DNA of 64,000 nt from Amphiscolops sp. MND2022 (GCA_964187785.1 OZ076409.1:61320001-61384000); one strand, 5' to 3'. Counted from the first letter of the stretch, positions 1 to 14,379 are shown. The notes: generated by a model from the sequence alone, not told the origin. Made by a program: numbers and translations.

Positions 1-110
1 TTTGGGATTAAAAACTAATGTCTAGGTTGTAGTAAGACACTGGTCTCCTGTTCAAGCAATCTAGGCATTGTCCCACTTCTATGATGTACTCTGCTAGGTG
101 GTTGACGTTA

Positions 111-330
111 CAAAATCAAATTAGTTTCAAATAACATAAAAATAAAACCGAATACCGGGTTAAACAATCGAACTCAGAAAATATCATCTGTAATTTCCAC
201 ACTTTTTTCAGTGACTCTTTTGAATTGTGAATCTTTTGACAACTAAAACTTTCTCGTAAACAATTTTATTTTTATGTTTAGTCAAACTAATTTCATTTTT
301 ATGTTATTTGAAACTAATTTTGTTTTTATG
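111..330. repeat. AT-rich foldback remnant (inverted arms)
   Basis: AATTAGTTTCAAATAACATAAAAAT at ~119-143 is inverted at ~295-319. The arm motif AAATAACATAAAAATAAA resembles the foldback at 59743-60189. Termini not resolved. Confidence 0.4.
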
Positions 331-968
331 TGTCCTTCAGTTGAACGGCCAGTATAGTCAATGTGCTTCGGAGGGATTCTAGTTTGAAAGTGTTTAGGTG
401 TCATTAGTGTCATTCTTTTAAAAACTTTGATAATAATGATTTTATTACTTAAGAACTAAATTGAATTACTGTCTGGGTCATTATCATCTAAATATCATGA
501 ATTCTTTTGACGGAATATTTTATAAACTATATATTCTCAACTGCTGCATTCTAAGATAGAAATTGTCAATTGTATAGAATGCTCTTTTTTAACACTGTTT
601 TCGTTGTCGAATTCTGGTGATTATGATGAGGGGTAGTCGTGTGTATTGTGATGACGTCATGCTGTGTGATCAGAATTCTGTCACCTGAAACAAGAGTAAT
701 TTTTGAAAAATTTCACCATCCTTTTTTAAGTACTTTTAATTCAAGTAATAAAATACGTTAACGTATTTTATTTCAAAAATAATGTGTACCTCTTAGACAA
801 TCGGAGAAATAGGAAAAGTTCAAGCCTGATACCGGATGTATGATGATTTCGACATATATCCATCAATGCGACATATAAAAGCTGCCAAGTGCTGGATCTT
901 TTCTGTTTATTCCACCCCCCCCCCCCAATTTAATTCCCCCCAGTTAGGCGGTCAAGTGAAATTTTAGT

Positions 969-1371
969 ACTCCTGACTAAGTGTGGTCCCTACAAAAATT
1001 ATCCAGCCGGCCTGAAAGCTCCTTACTAAGTGTGGTCCCTAGCAAATTTAGAATAGTCAACGTGGAGCAAACATTACATGTAGTTCAAAGCAGCAAAATT
1101 CAAATTACTAGCTTTTAGTGCTGTTACAGCCAATATGTATGGAACTTGATTTGAAGACGCTAGCATATTTGTTGTATGGCTCGGTCGCTCCGCTCCTTTA
1201 ACCAAGTAGCAACATTGAGGCATGGCCATATGGCACGTCGCTCCGCTTCGCTTCGCTCATGCATTCAGGACATTAGGGGAATGTGAACATACCTGACTAC
1301 GTTATAATACTAATTCCCACAAAATATGCAGGGACTACGATTATATTACAGGGACCACACTTAGTAGGGAG
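969..1371. mobile_element. Foldback/MITE with ACTAAGTGTGGTCCCT arms carrying cassette A
   Basis: ACTAAGTGTGGTCCCT at ~976 and ~1025 is inverted as AGGGACCACACTTAGT at ~1350-1365. Cassette A lies at 1163-1307. The right end abuts the truncated Bel/Pao RT. Confidence 0.65.
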
Positions 1372-1374
1372 GGA

Positions 1375-4300
1375 CGATGTCATCTAGTTCGTCTGCACGC
1401 TTTGGGCGGCTCTCGGAAATTTGTCGGCACTGTCAGTTGCGGTCCCCTTCAGAGCGTTATTTGTGCAAGTCGGAGATCCCTTTGACCTAAAGATGTGTCT
1501 TACGTACTGAAAAACAGCAACTTCAGTTAATGGATCCTCCCGCCATAAAAAACGAATGGACGGTTGGTCTTTCGGTATAACTCCCATTTGTAAGAACACG
1601 CCTTCAAGGTCGGCGGACACGGCCTTGGGAATTGACAGAATCTGAAGAGGATATGGATCAAACTTTGCAGTAGATCCGGACCGGTTAGAAGCGCGTTGTT
1701 CAAATAGTGTCCATGGAACTTTGCAGCACCATTGAGAACTCTTATAGCTTTGCCCGGTTTGTGCGGGTGTATTACGGGGTGACGTGGCAAGTACCATTCA
1801 CGACAGTTATCGGTTCGGAAGCATTCGGTCTTATCGACTCGAACGATGTACCCCTTTTCAAAATCATCTTTGATTCTCTTGCTGTACCTCTCTTTCAGTT
1901 GAGGATCTTTCCCAAGCCGGCGTTCTAACTACTTAAGTTGGTCAAGAGAAGAGAAGTAGTTGTTCAGCAACGTACTTTCTTCATCGGCCCACAACATCTC
2001 AACTTGGTAACGGCAGCCATCGTTGAATGTCGTCTCTTCGTAGTCAACTTGCTTGTAGGAACCATATGACTCCAGGTCATACCAGCTGCGAAGATCTTCG
2101 GCAAGAATAGAGTTGTTCTCTGAGCTAGTGACAGCTTTGAAACAATTCGAGAAAAGTCGCGTGGTGGAAGGAAGCGTACCACTCATTACCCAACACAACG
2201 GTGAGCGGACGGCTATTGGAGTATTCGGACGGTCGGCTTCGAAGTCCTCCAATGGACGGATACAGTGAAGGACATCCTGACCAAGGATCATCTCAACGTC
2301 TGAATAGCTGTACTTGCTGAGGGGGATCGGCTCTGAATGCGGGTAAGTCGTTTTCAATTTTACAATGTCCATAATGTCGTTTCCAACTTTCAAATCATCT
2401 CGAACGTAAAAAGTGACAGGAAACGATGAACAAAAGCCACCAGAATGAACGGGTGTCAACTTAAGCTCAGCTGTTCCCGAATCGATCACTTGTTGAGAGT
2501 TTTTTCCGGGTACGCTTAATTTGGTTGCTGAGCCCTTAACTTGTAGTTTGTCGGCTGTTCTTCTTGAAAACCATGAATGACTACAAGCAAGATTTTTTTC
2601 GGTGCTCGACGGCGATGGCAATTCGACTCATGTTATTTGCAACAAGCCTTTGACGTCGGTTATGGAAGGCAAACCGGAGCTTTCGCTGCCAGTTTGTCTC
2701 TGACTGACCTTTGTCGTCTTACTTTGAGAATTTTTTGCGTCCCAAGGGCTTTTCTGTGCAAAAAAGCTGTCAGAACCGTGAAGTAAAGGGTTATGAGAGC
2801 TCCTACAACCGTCTTTGGTGCATTTGTTTGGTTGCGGGCATTGCCGGAAAGAATGTCCTTCGCAGCAGAGTTTGCTCTCAGCGGCTAGCTTGGTTTTCTC
2901 TATCGGCGTTTTTTGGCGAAATACTGTACAACGCCAGAGCGGGTGGCTTTCCTTACAGACTACACATTGTTTCTCCTTTTTACCTTTGGCGACAGCGTTT
3001 ACTTGGGTACTGGTGGTCGCTGCAAAACTCTTGGTTCCTGTTCTGTTCTTGGTTATGGTAGTGACAGGAACGTCCTCGGTTCTCGGTTTATTGGAGGTGG
3101 CTTTCATTTTTCGTGAGCTTCTGCTTTCTCCTTTAGCCAACCGTTGAAGTCAATCAATGTCGGCCGATCCAAATTCCGTTTGACGGTGTTAGTTGACCAC
3201 GCATCCTTCAAATTTGGCGGAAGATTCAGAACCACTTGGCCCAGGAGGGAAGCACTCACTCGACAAATCCTGCAGGTAGTTCAACGATCGGAAAACACCA
3301 ACCAGTAAGAAGTTGTGGCAGAATAGCTGATGATGCTGACACTATTGTGCATCTTAACCGGCGGATAGTTGGCAAGTTAATGGAGGTAGGCACTAACAAC
3401 AGTGTGAGGTTGCCCAAACTTTCGTTCCAAGGTTTTCAGCTTGTCTTTGTACATGGTACCACAGTATGCAAACTCGGCGATAGCAGTCTTTGCCTTACCG
3501 AACACCAGTGTCTTCAGGTAGAGCAGTTTCACGTCATCAGTAAGGGGGCTGAATCGATGGCACTCTTGAACTGGCCGAACCACTCGTGCCATTGAAGTGG
3601 ATCTCCACTGTATTGTGCCAGTTTCCATTCCGGGAGGAGGTCCCTTTTCGATGACGCTAACAGTTGCGCAAGATCCTGAAGAGTGAAACTGTTAGTTACT
3701 GGTTGCGATTCGGTGATGAACGTAGGGGGTGCATACGGCGATGCATTTGAAGGAATGGCTGGGAAGGTAATTGGTACTGGTGCGCTGACCGGTGCGGGCA
3801 CTGTTGTAAGAGACGTCGGGTTAATATAGTATACGGTTCCTCCAGCGGTTACTGGAAAAATAGGCGAAGCTGTTGGGGCGACACTAGTAGTCGGCAAAAC
3901 TGTCGGGAACACGGCGGGGTTCGTAATTACCGGAGTTGTGGTCACAGACGGGTTTCTTGGTCCTATCGGGAATGTTTAGGCTGATAAGTTTGGAAGAAGA
4001 TAACTTGCCGGAACGGTGACTGTTGAAATCGGAAATGACGTGGCGGTCGCCAAGGGGGCCGATGCTGTAGCAGTTGCCGATAGAGCAATTGTCCGCTGAA
4101 GTGTTTTGGTTGATTGGGATACTTGGACGTGGCCAGTGTTTTGTAGGTAAACTATCGAACCTCGTCCCGTAACTAAAGGCACGTTGTTAGTCGTTGGTGC
4201 GGTTGGAGAGGCTACAGGAGTCACTACTGGGATAATAGGTAGTGGGGTTGTTGTTGGAGCTTCTCTGTTGACGGAATTTTGTGCTGCAGTAGTGATGGTC

Positions 4301-5838
4301 ACGGCGTTGGGGTCTATAACTCCAAAGTTTGTGGGATCACTTGCAGTTGCAACAGGAGAAATTTTGCCCACTCGCTGACCCTGACAAGATCGTCAACTTT
4401 AGTTGAAGCGGCTAGTTGCGACAAAGTGTCTAGAAACTCCGATAGAGCGTCCGACAAGTCCTCAGTCAGTTCAAGCTCAGTGAGTGTTGCTTCAGCTAGT
4501 TTCTTTCGATTTTCCTCTTCTAACTGTTTCCTCTTCTACTCGAAGTGTTTCCTCCTTCTTGAGTCGGTCGGTCCTCAGTCTAAAAAATTCTTGTTCTTTT
4601 TGAAGACGTTCAAAATCCAACTCTTGCTGTTGCTTTGCAATTCTAAGGGCGGCTTTGTTTTGCCTTTCTATCTCCTTCTTACGTTGCTTGGCATTTAGCA
4701 AGACTCTTTGTTGCTGACTGGATGTTCTTGATTGTCTGGATGTCCTTGAATCTGACGTTTTGCTTGGCTGCTTGCTCTTGGTGAGAGTCGTTGACGATTG
4801 AGATGCTCCATCGACGGGCGGTCATTGATTGATGTAATCCCGGACCTTCTTTAAAATCCCATCATTTCGAGTGGTCAGTTCGTTCAACCAAGTTTCCAAA
4901 TCTTGGTTAACGAGTGACGGTCTTCTGTTTTGCTAGCTAGTCCGAAAAGTTGCTCAAGCTTGACAAACAGTTTGGTCATCGCTTCATCACAGGAAGTACC
5001 AAATCTTTCGACGCAGACACGTCTATCTTTGTTCCCCACGGCATCTTGGACTTTTTCTTCCAATAACTTTAACTCGGTCTCGGCTTTGGCACGACTTTCA
5101 AAAAGTTTTTTAACTTTGTCTTGCTTGGCGTCGGCCATTTCCGTCGTGAACTTTCGTCAGAAAATGAATCAAGTTAGTAAGAAAAGTGTTAAATCAAAAA
5201 GAACTAGAAAAATTTTCTTCGACGGCGTAAACCAAGCAATTAAGCTTAGACACAGCTAAACGGAGAAAGATTTCGGTTTGACGGTAACTGTGTGAAATTG
5301 ATGGAAGCTGTATCTCACAATATCGGCAAGGGTATTTTTTTATTATACGATTTTTTGTTTTTTACAAAAAGTTACAAGACACGGGAGGAAGTCACATGGA
5401 ACGAGACGGCGGTTTAAAAACACGCTCTTCCCGAAAGGCTGATGGTTCGTCCAATACTAAATACCCAAAGGGCAGAAGAAGGCCGAGAGAACTTCAGCCA
5501 GACAATAAAGTCTGGACACCGTCCAAACGACAGGTTAAAAGACGGATAGTAGATTTCTGAGTATCAACCGACACTTAAGTCCGGACACAACTCAAGAAGA
5601 TGGATAATATACTGTAGGAACTTCACCCAGACAATGAATTCCGGACACCGTAACTACAGTACAGAGAAGTTGGGTGGACGGTGCCTAGGACGAAGCAGCG
5701 ACAGCAGCCTTGATAGCCTTTCGGGTGTGTTTACTAGGCCGCTTGGGGCGGCTTTTGTCAGTGATAGCGTCAAGCTCGCTCTCGTTGCGCAGATTAAAGT
5801 CAGTATGCTTTATTTCAATCTCGGGGCTCTAGTGTAAC
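1375..5838 (-). mobile_element. Bel/Pao LTR retrotransposon, frameshifted and 3'-truncated inside RT
   Basis: Gag starts at 5138 (MADAK...). Gag motif PEWKLAQYSGDPLQWHEWFGQFKSAID...LERKFGQP (DUF1759-like); Cys/His knuckles (CVVCKESHPLWRC, CTKDGCRSSHNPLLH); protease region (ACSHSW...ILGQD); Pao RT motifs (HPHKPGK.IRVLNGAAKF, LNNALLTGPDLL, RFLWREDP). Stops just before the YxDD motif. Putative 5' LTR ~5290-5838 with internal repeats and AATAAA; LTR edges are tentative. Confidence 0.92.
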
Positions 5839-7350
5839 GCCTTGTGGTTTTTGAGAAAGTCGGGATCTTTCTGTTTTCTCGTGGAAATGAAATCATCAAC
5901 TATACTGAACACTTTATTGTTCGTGGTTTTTTCAATTTCCTTCAAATTAGGCAAATGTTCGGGGTACGGAATTGATGGCAGTACAGTAGAGCCCGGAGTT
6001 TGTTTTAATTGATTTCAAAATCTCAAATATTTGCGGGACTGTTAGAGGACGGAAATTATTGCTCTCGTGTTTGGAAATACTATTATTTAACACATTGTGC
6101 TAAATGACAATGTCACGTTTGTCGGAAAGATCTTTTGAGAGCATGTTTTGAACTTTCTTTTTCGGGTTTTTTTTTGTGTTGACATTAAGGCTCACGCCCG
6201 GGATAGAGAAAATCTTTTCGTTATAGCCTTTTCGGTTTTTGCGTGTTAAAGTTTCAAGGGCATGATGAATGGAATTTGCCGCTACAATAAACTCCATTGG
6301 TGTTTTTTCAACATATAGCAGAAAAGGCCAAAAATTTTACCTAAAAAGAAGTTTTTTACGCTCGTATGAACGTTTAATATTGATGAAAACGTTAGGTTAT
6401 ATCGACGAAGTTTCAAAGAAACGCCTTGCTACTATGGTTGACAAATTAATACCGCAAAAAGGACATTTAAAAGTTTTCAATCAAATTTGGGCTTTTTCTA
6501 TAACCAGTTTTGTAGCAGCTAACGACCTTCGGGGCTTTGGTGCCTTCTCAACTAAGAGAGGCACTACAATAAGCATTAGGACTGACGCAACAAAGACTCT
6601 TTTTGATGTTTTTGTTGTTCTCGGGTAGCAACTATCGCTTTCGAAGCCCCTTTGTAGTAATTTCCTCGGGTTGGCGAGATGAAAATTCGACATCTAAATT
6701 TTGGGCTCAAAATATTTGTTCGAGTCGTAACAAATTCGAGATTAATGAAAGTTTCTCCAGCAGTTCTAAGCCGTCAATTGGACCAACGCTTCCTCGCTGA
6801 GGTGAGTGAAGAGTAAAGCCGAGGAAGAGTTGAACTATTCTGCAAGTGAAACGGCGGAGGAATAAAAATTATACTTGTGTATACTTCTTAGGGGCTGAAA
6901 AACTTGTAACAGAACCCATACATCTGCATTGAACCAAACAGAATTGAATGGGCGAATGGATTTGCCTCTCTATGGCCACCATGAAATTACTATAGAATGG
7001 TCGGTTTCTCTATAGATCGTTTTGAGAGTCAAAAAGGAAGAGCTATGGCGAATTGAATCTTGGCTTTATACTGTCGCAAAATGAATCAATGTATATAGTA
7101 ATATGACATAACTGACAAAAGATCAAATAATGTTAGTCAACAAAAATCACAACAGTAAACATAAATAGCAAGGCCTTTTTTTCAAGGTTATTTTACCGAA
7201 ATCGAGGAAATATTTCCAAAATATGAAATATTTTTACATGACCGGAAATCGAACCTGATCCGAACGCATTTTGTATTAATCAGATGCGGACGGATTAACG
7301 CGCCTTGAAAATGTTCGATTTCTAATTGCTTTTAATCTTATTGCTTGTCA

Positions 7351-7870
7351 ACATTATATGAATGTATATACTTAGAGGATTGTCTCTACAACTGTTTGGA
7401 CACTTCAGGTTTTAAAAAAATACCATAGTTTTTTGATAATATTGTCCAAAATAGCAGAAATTCACATTTGAAACAAGGTAAAATCGTATAAAAAGGACCC
7501 TATTTCAGCGCAAGTTTTGTCCACTGTAAAATCTAATGAGCAACTTTTAACTGACAGCCAATGTAATGGATATAGGATTATGTCGACATCAGTTATTTTA
7601 TTTGACCAAAATTCCAACGCAAACTATGTCGACATAATGGTATTTGAACCTTGTGTTTCTTATTTCCCCCCTGCCGCAGTTTGGGGGGAAATAGATGGCA
7701 TGGTCCGTAAGGAGAAATCGTTTGGGATCACAGTCAGTAGTACCGAAATTTCTATTGAATTATCAGTAACAACCAATCAAATTGCAGTATTTTATAATTC
7801 TAACTGCAACAGAAACTCATCGCTGATAGTGGCGGGGAATTAACATTTCCGCGCTCACTGTGGGGGGAGG
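7351..7870 (-). repeat. Dispersed unclassified repeat 'family E' (G-run/hairpin-rich)
   Basis: Reverse-complement match to 16220-16511/17381-17480/17665-17776 and to 51133-51377 (e.g. GATGTCGACATAATCCTATCCATTACATTGGCTGTCAGTTAAAAGTTGCTCATTAGA). Confidence 0.8.
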
Positions 7871-8104
7871 CGGGGGTCTCGAAGTAATTACAGAAAAAAA
7901 ATGATGATACATTGAAAGATGAGATGATGACATCACTGATGTAGTAAAAAAATACGAAGATGAAGTCGTTGCAACATAAAATGTAATTCAAGTATATACT
8001 TCAACCAACTTTACTGAAGTGTGTTAACCCATCTGAAATTGACAGCAACCTCTTTCGACTAAGGTTTTTAAGTTTCAATTAAACAGCACCCAAGACTTCA
8101 TTTT

Positions 8105-8560
8105 TCTATGGAGCAACCTGTGCCTCGACTATAGCAGTGACTTTTTTTCTTCAGACCACATCACTCACACTGATCGGTCCACGTTTTAGGAACATCGCTG
8201 AAACTACATAAGGCCAAGTCCGGCCAAGGCAAACTTAGTGCAAAGGGTCCCCCTTTCGATTTTTTTCCGGCACTGTGCGACTTTGTTCGAAACTTTTTTT
8301 CTCCAAAGGGTCCCCCTTTTCAATTTTTACTTTTTAACGTAACCTACAATACTGGACAACACTAAAGGACAACACTAAAGGTTCAGAAGACGAGACTGAA
8401 GGTATACTAAAGGTATTCAGAAACCCCCTTTCGATTTTTTTCGGCACTGTGCGACTTTTTTCGAAAGAAAAAATTCAAAACTTTCAAGTTTTTTCTAAAA
8501 AATGTTTTGCGCTTTTTGAGCCTCAGATATAGCGCCGACTTTAGACGTTCTCGTCTTGTT
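8105..8560 (+). mobile_element. Helentron/Helitron2-like non-autonomous element, family C (5' end degenerate)
   Basis: Internal AAGGGTCCCCCTT units. 3' end GCGCCGACT-TT-AGACG-TTCT-CGTCT-TGTT is shared with copies ending at 56496 and 58892 and with the minus copy at 61902. Confidence 0.7.
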
Positions 8561-10727
8561 TTTTTTCTTTGAATGTATGGCGTAAGAATTCGTTTTAGTC
8601 CAACTTAGATTTTTGTCAACATAGTGTATCTCATCAAGTTTTATGCTTATCTATGACTCGAGACTTGGTCTTAAAATTCTTGCCATTACAGGCTGCCTGG
8701 ATTACTGATGAAACTATAATTTGAGCCGTCACATCAAAGGTACAATAGTGTAGGAAAAGAAATAAACCCTTTTTTGTAAGAAATGGTTTGGACTGCATGT
8801 AAACAAAGCTAGCATTTTACATAGGGGTTTCTTTCGCTCTCTATTTTACTCATGAATTTAAGGGACTGGAAAAACAAATTGAATGTTCAAGATAATAGGT
8901 ACAATCGCTTTAATTAGCAGATTCTCGTTATATTGAATTTATTGGTAAAAAATCTGAACCCGAAAACATAATCCCCAATGTTTGCGAAAAATAGCTGTCT
9001 CCCCTGGTTGGAACTGCTTGAACTTTTTACATGTTTTTGTAGGTTACCAACCTACTTTTCTATGATTTTATAAAATTCTCAATGAAATGTCCATGCAACA
9101 AAACTTCACTGATTCGATTTAATTTTACCAAGCTGCCTATAAAATGCATCCTAAATTTGGCGGCCATTTTGCGCCGCAAAGTTTTGCAGGTTTCATTAAG
9201 ACGCCGTTCTAATTTTGAAAGCAGCTGAGACCGTCATCACTTTTACCGCGCTTTCAGTGCAAATCAACTTCAGTCACATTATAAGTTTCAAAGTAGCGTC
9301 ATATTTAGCGTGCTATCTGACTAACGGTGATTACATAAGATGCTTCTTTGAGAAACTTACGCGTGAAAACAAAGTGATCGCGGTGGTGAAGAAGTGGAAA
9401 TGTTTTCAGTTTTAACTGAAATAGTGGAAGCTGCATTGTAATCCTACAAAATGTTTCCATGCAGGCTCCCGATATTTTCCATGTTTTGTAAAAAAAATTA
9501 GCCTGCATGTTTCCATGCAGCATGTAAAAAGTTAGAGCAATCTCGACTAGGGTCACGTGTTAAGATAGTAAATAAAATGAAATAGTAGATAACCCCTTGC
9601 AAAAATTATACAAGCCCAATTATCTTGATGTAAAATAGTTGAATATCGTCAGTAAATGACGAAGTACCTGCCAAATAAAAAAAATTCCAAATTAGATGTC
9701 AAATGTTACAAAATTGTCTGAAATGATGTCCCATATGTAGTAACTACAATCAAACAAAAATGAAATTTGGAAATTTCTTCTTTTTTTGCAAACTTACATT
9801 TTGAGTGCCTTTGAAAACTTTAGAATAATTGTATATTTGATTTTCAAATAACTTGGATGATAGCAGAAATCAAGGCTAGTTTTGTTTTGGTCCAATTCTC
9901 TTTTACTAATAAAGGTTCAGCTTATTTCTTACACTATTGTACTCTTCAAAGGGGCTTCTAATTGTGTGGTAGAGCGGTGCTTAGTTGTATTTTCACACTA
10001 TGTAAAAATCATTGTGAGAAAATAGTTGTTTATGTATTTACAAATAACCTGCCAAAATACAGCAAAGTGGCATTTTCAGCTAAACTGCCATAACATCATA
10101 CTTATGAAAAGAATACACCCGTACATAGTGTTTCACACATTCACTGCTTTTCTGCAAAAATTACTTCCTTGAGCTTCACTCCGATTACAAGTTGCAAGTT
10201 GCATCAATCGACAGACCGTTTAATTACATTGAAAATACTAATGAATTCAATTAGAAAATCATCTCATCAAGTCCTACATTATTTGACTTAATAAAAATCT
10301 GCGTTTTTTGGTTCCCATGGAATAAATTACTTGGGAAAGAACACTGTAAATAAAACTTAAAACATAAGTGAAACAGGGGTTTCCGGTCAGTGTACCTTTT
10401 TCGTGGAACAAAATTGTTGACAAAACTTTTTTTAAATTTTCATGAGAGCTTTTATTTTGGCTTTTGCTGTAAAAGAACACATTTTTCATAGAGTTTTGTT
10501 TGCGGTTAAATATTCACAGTGGTACATTTTTCTTGAGAAAAACAATTGAGTAATCTCATTTATATATATAGAGAGAGAGAGCTATAGTTTCAAAACACTG
10601 ATTTAAATGATTTAAATCTTCATATGACTGGTTTAGTTGAGTCGACCGTAAAATATCAATCCTAAAATTACTGTTTTAAGTTATGAAAACTTTATGAAAA
10701 CTCGCATAGAATACAGCAAGTATGTGA

Positions 10728-11036
<309 letters not shown>

Positions 11037-11156
11037 TTACTGAAAACATTCCTACTAATAATCAACCAACTTAAAGATTGATTATAAGCTCACCAAGACT
11101 AAACGCTGAAACGTTCATCGTTCCCGAGTGTTTTTGTGCAAACTTCACGAAGATTG

Positions 11157-13504
11157 TCTCAAGAAACCGATATGATATTGTAAAACATTCCTTTCGGAAT
11201 GTTTTTACTTTTTTGTTCCAGCTAATCTGTTGACTGTTTAGAAGTGAATTCAGAATCTACATTTGTCACTTTAAACAGTCAACAGATTAGCTGAAAAAAA
11301 ACAATTATAACTTAAGTCTATTACTGCGTTTTTTCTTCGTTTCCTCGACATACTCTCTATTTTTTCTTTCTTTCTTTCTTTCTTTCCTTCTCTCTCTTTC
11401 ACCCTGATTTTCATAAGCCAAATCCCGACACTTTTTAAGGCCGATCAAAACAGCATATTTCAATATTATGTTTATCGGATTTTGATTTTTTCCTTTAACC
11501 GTTTTTCCTTTGCGGCAGAAAGATATGGAAAACGTTTTCCTATGAAACCCTGTTGCAGCAATTTTGCAGGTGGTGGCTCAGTTTCTCCGTTTAGCATTCG
11601 GACAGATTCTGAGCTAATTTTTGGTCAGTTTTTAAAACAGAGTTTGGAATTCATACGTTTTTTGAAAAGAACATGAAAGTTCATCAACAACGTCATTTTC
11701 CAAACCATACCTTACAGTTAGCTGAAATAATTTCTTGCAGCGTCCTATTTCAGCTTTTCAAAAATGTGAAATAGTCCTTGTTTGATTTGCATGATTTTTT
11801 TTATACGTTCTTTAAAGTTGCCAGCAAATTTTAGGCTGTTTCAAGCAAATCAAAAATTTGGCCCCAAGTTTTGCATGTTTTATTATGCATCAGTTCTATT
11901 TTTAAATGCAGCTAGGATCACAAATTCATCGCCATTTCAATGCAAAGTATCTCCAGTCACGTCATACGTTGCAAACTAGTATCATCTTGGCGTTTTTGAG
12001 AAGTGGTAATCACATCACAGATGAGTAGTAATATATATTTAATAATATTAAATAACTAGGCTGAAAAACCGAGATCAGTTGATAGTTGAACTGAAACAAT
12101 TTTACCAACTAGGTAAAAAACTTTCCGGCCCTTCGTCTGCGCTGAAGTTCTGAGACGGCGATTGCAATCATGGAAAGTTACGTTTGATAATAATTAATTT
12201 GTCGAAGTTTACATTTCAATTTCTCAAGAAACCGAGATGATATTGTAAAACAATCCTTTCGGAATGTTTTTAATTTTTTGTTCCAGCTAATCTGTTGACT
12301 GTTTAGAAGTGAATTCAGAATCTACATCTGTCACTTTAAACAGTCAACAGATTAGCTGAAAAAAAATAATTATAACTTAAGTCTATTACTGCGTTTTTTC
12401 TTCGTTTCCTCGACATACTCTCCATTTTTTTCTTTCTTTCTTTCTTTCTTTCTTTCTTTCCTTCTCTCTCTTTCACCCTGATTTTCATAAGCCAAATCCC
12501 GACACTTTTTAAGGCCGATCAAAACAGCATATTTCAATAATATGTTTATCGGATTTTGATTTTTTCCTTTACCCGTTTTTCCTTTGCGGCAGAAAGATAT
12601 GGAAAACGTTTTCCTATGAAACCCTGTTGCAGCAATTTTACAGGTGGTGGCTCAGTTTCTCCGTTTAGCATTCGGTCAGATTCTGAGCTAATTTTTGGTC
12701 AGTTTTTAAAACAGAGTTTGGAATTCATACGTTTTTTGAAAAGAACATGAAAGTTCATCAACAACGTCATTTTCCAAACCATACCTCACAGTTAGCTGAA
12801 ATAATTTCTTGCAGCGTCCTATTTCAGCTTTTCAAAAATGTGAAACAGGCCTTGTTTGATTTGCATGATTTTTTTTATACGTTCTTTAAAGTTGCCAGCA
12901 AATTTTAGGCTGTTTCAAGCAAATCAAAAATTTGGCCCCAAGTTTTGCATGTTTTATTATGCATCAGTTCTATTTTTAAATGCAGCTAGGATCACAAATT
13001 CATCGTAATTTCAATGCAAAGTATCTCCAGTCACGTCATACGTTGCAAACTAGTATCATCTTCGGCTTTTTTGAGAAGTGGTAATCACATCACAGATGAG
13101 TAGTAATATATATTTAATAATATTATATAACTAGGCTGAAAAACCGAGATCAGTTGATAGTTGAACTGAAACAATTTTACCAACTAGTTAAAAAACTTTC
13201 CGACCCTTCGTCTGCACTGAAGTTCTGAGACGGCGATTGCAATCATGGAACGTTACGTTTGTTAATATTTAATTTGTCGAAGTTTACATTTCAATTTCTC
13301 AAGAAACTGATATGATATTGTAAAACATTCCTTTCGGAATGTTTTTAATTTTTTGTTCCAGCTAATCTGTTGACTGTTTAGAAGTGAATTCAGAATCTAC
13401 ATTTGTCACTTTAAACAGTCAACAGATTAGCTGAAAAAAAACAATTATAACTTAAGTCTATTACTGCGTTTTTTCTTCGTTTCCTCGACATACTCTCTAT
13501 TTTT

Positions 13505-13548
<44 letters not shown>

Positions 13549-14379
13549 TCCTTCTTTCTCTTTCACCCTGATTTTCATAAGCCAAATCCCGACTCTTTTT
13601 AAGGCCAATCAAAACAGCATATTTCAATAATATGTTTATCGGATTTTGATTTTTTCCTTTAACCGTTTTTCCTTTGCGGCAGAAAGATATGGAAAACGTT
13701 TTCCTATGAAACCCTGTTGCAGCAATTTTGCAGGTGGTGGCTCAGTTTCTCCGTTTAGCATTCGGTCAGATTCTGAGCTAATTTTTGGTCAGTTTTTAAA
13801 ACAGAGTTTGGAATTCAAACGTTTTTTGAAAAGAACATGAAAGTTCATCAACAACGTCATTTTCCAAACCATACCTTACAGTTAGCTGAAATAATTTCTT
13901 GCAGCGTCCTATTTCAGCTTTTCAAAAATGTGAAACAGTCCTTGTTTGATTTGCATGAACTTTTTTATACGTTCTTTAAAGTTGCCAGCAAATTTTAGGC
14001 TGTTTCAAGCAAATCAAAAATTTGGTCGCAAGTTTTGCATGTTTTATTATGCATCAGTTCTATTTTTAAATGCAGCTAGGATCACAAATTCATCGCCATT
14101 TCAATGCAAAGTATCTCCAGTCACGTCATACGTTGCAAACTAGTATCATCTTCGGCGTTTTTGAGAAGTGGTAATCACATCACAGATGAGTAGTAATATA
14201 TATTTAATAATATTATATAACTAGGCTGAAAAACCGAGATCAGTTGATAGTTGAAACTTTCCGACTAGTTAAAAAACTTTCCGACCCTTCGTCTGCACTG
14301 AAGTTCTGAGGCGGAGATTGCAATCATGGAACGTTACGTTTGTTAATAATTAATTTGTCGAAGTTTACATTTCAATTTC
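11157..14379. repeat. Tandem triplication of a ~1.07 kb unit (starts 11157, 12222, 13297)
   Basis: Three near-identical units. Each has a 10-bp hairpin (one mismatch in copy 2), a 75-nt hairpin and a (TTTC)n tract that lengthens from copy 1 to copy 3. Confidence 0.97.

Noticed and set aside
540..895. Two minus-strand exons (donor at 789, acceptor at 685)
   Set aside because: Joining them gives an immediate stop in the open upstream frame and no recognisable protein.
5840..6860. Possible decayed minus-strand coding sequence
   Set aside because: Short interrupted frames with no recognisable motif.
13411..13627. KERK-rich ORFs
   Set aside because: Translation of the (TTTC)n microsatellite.
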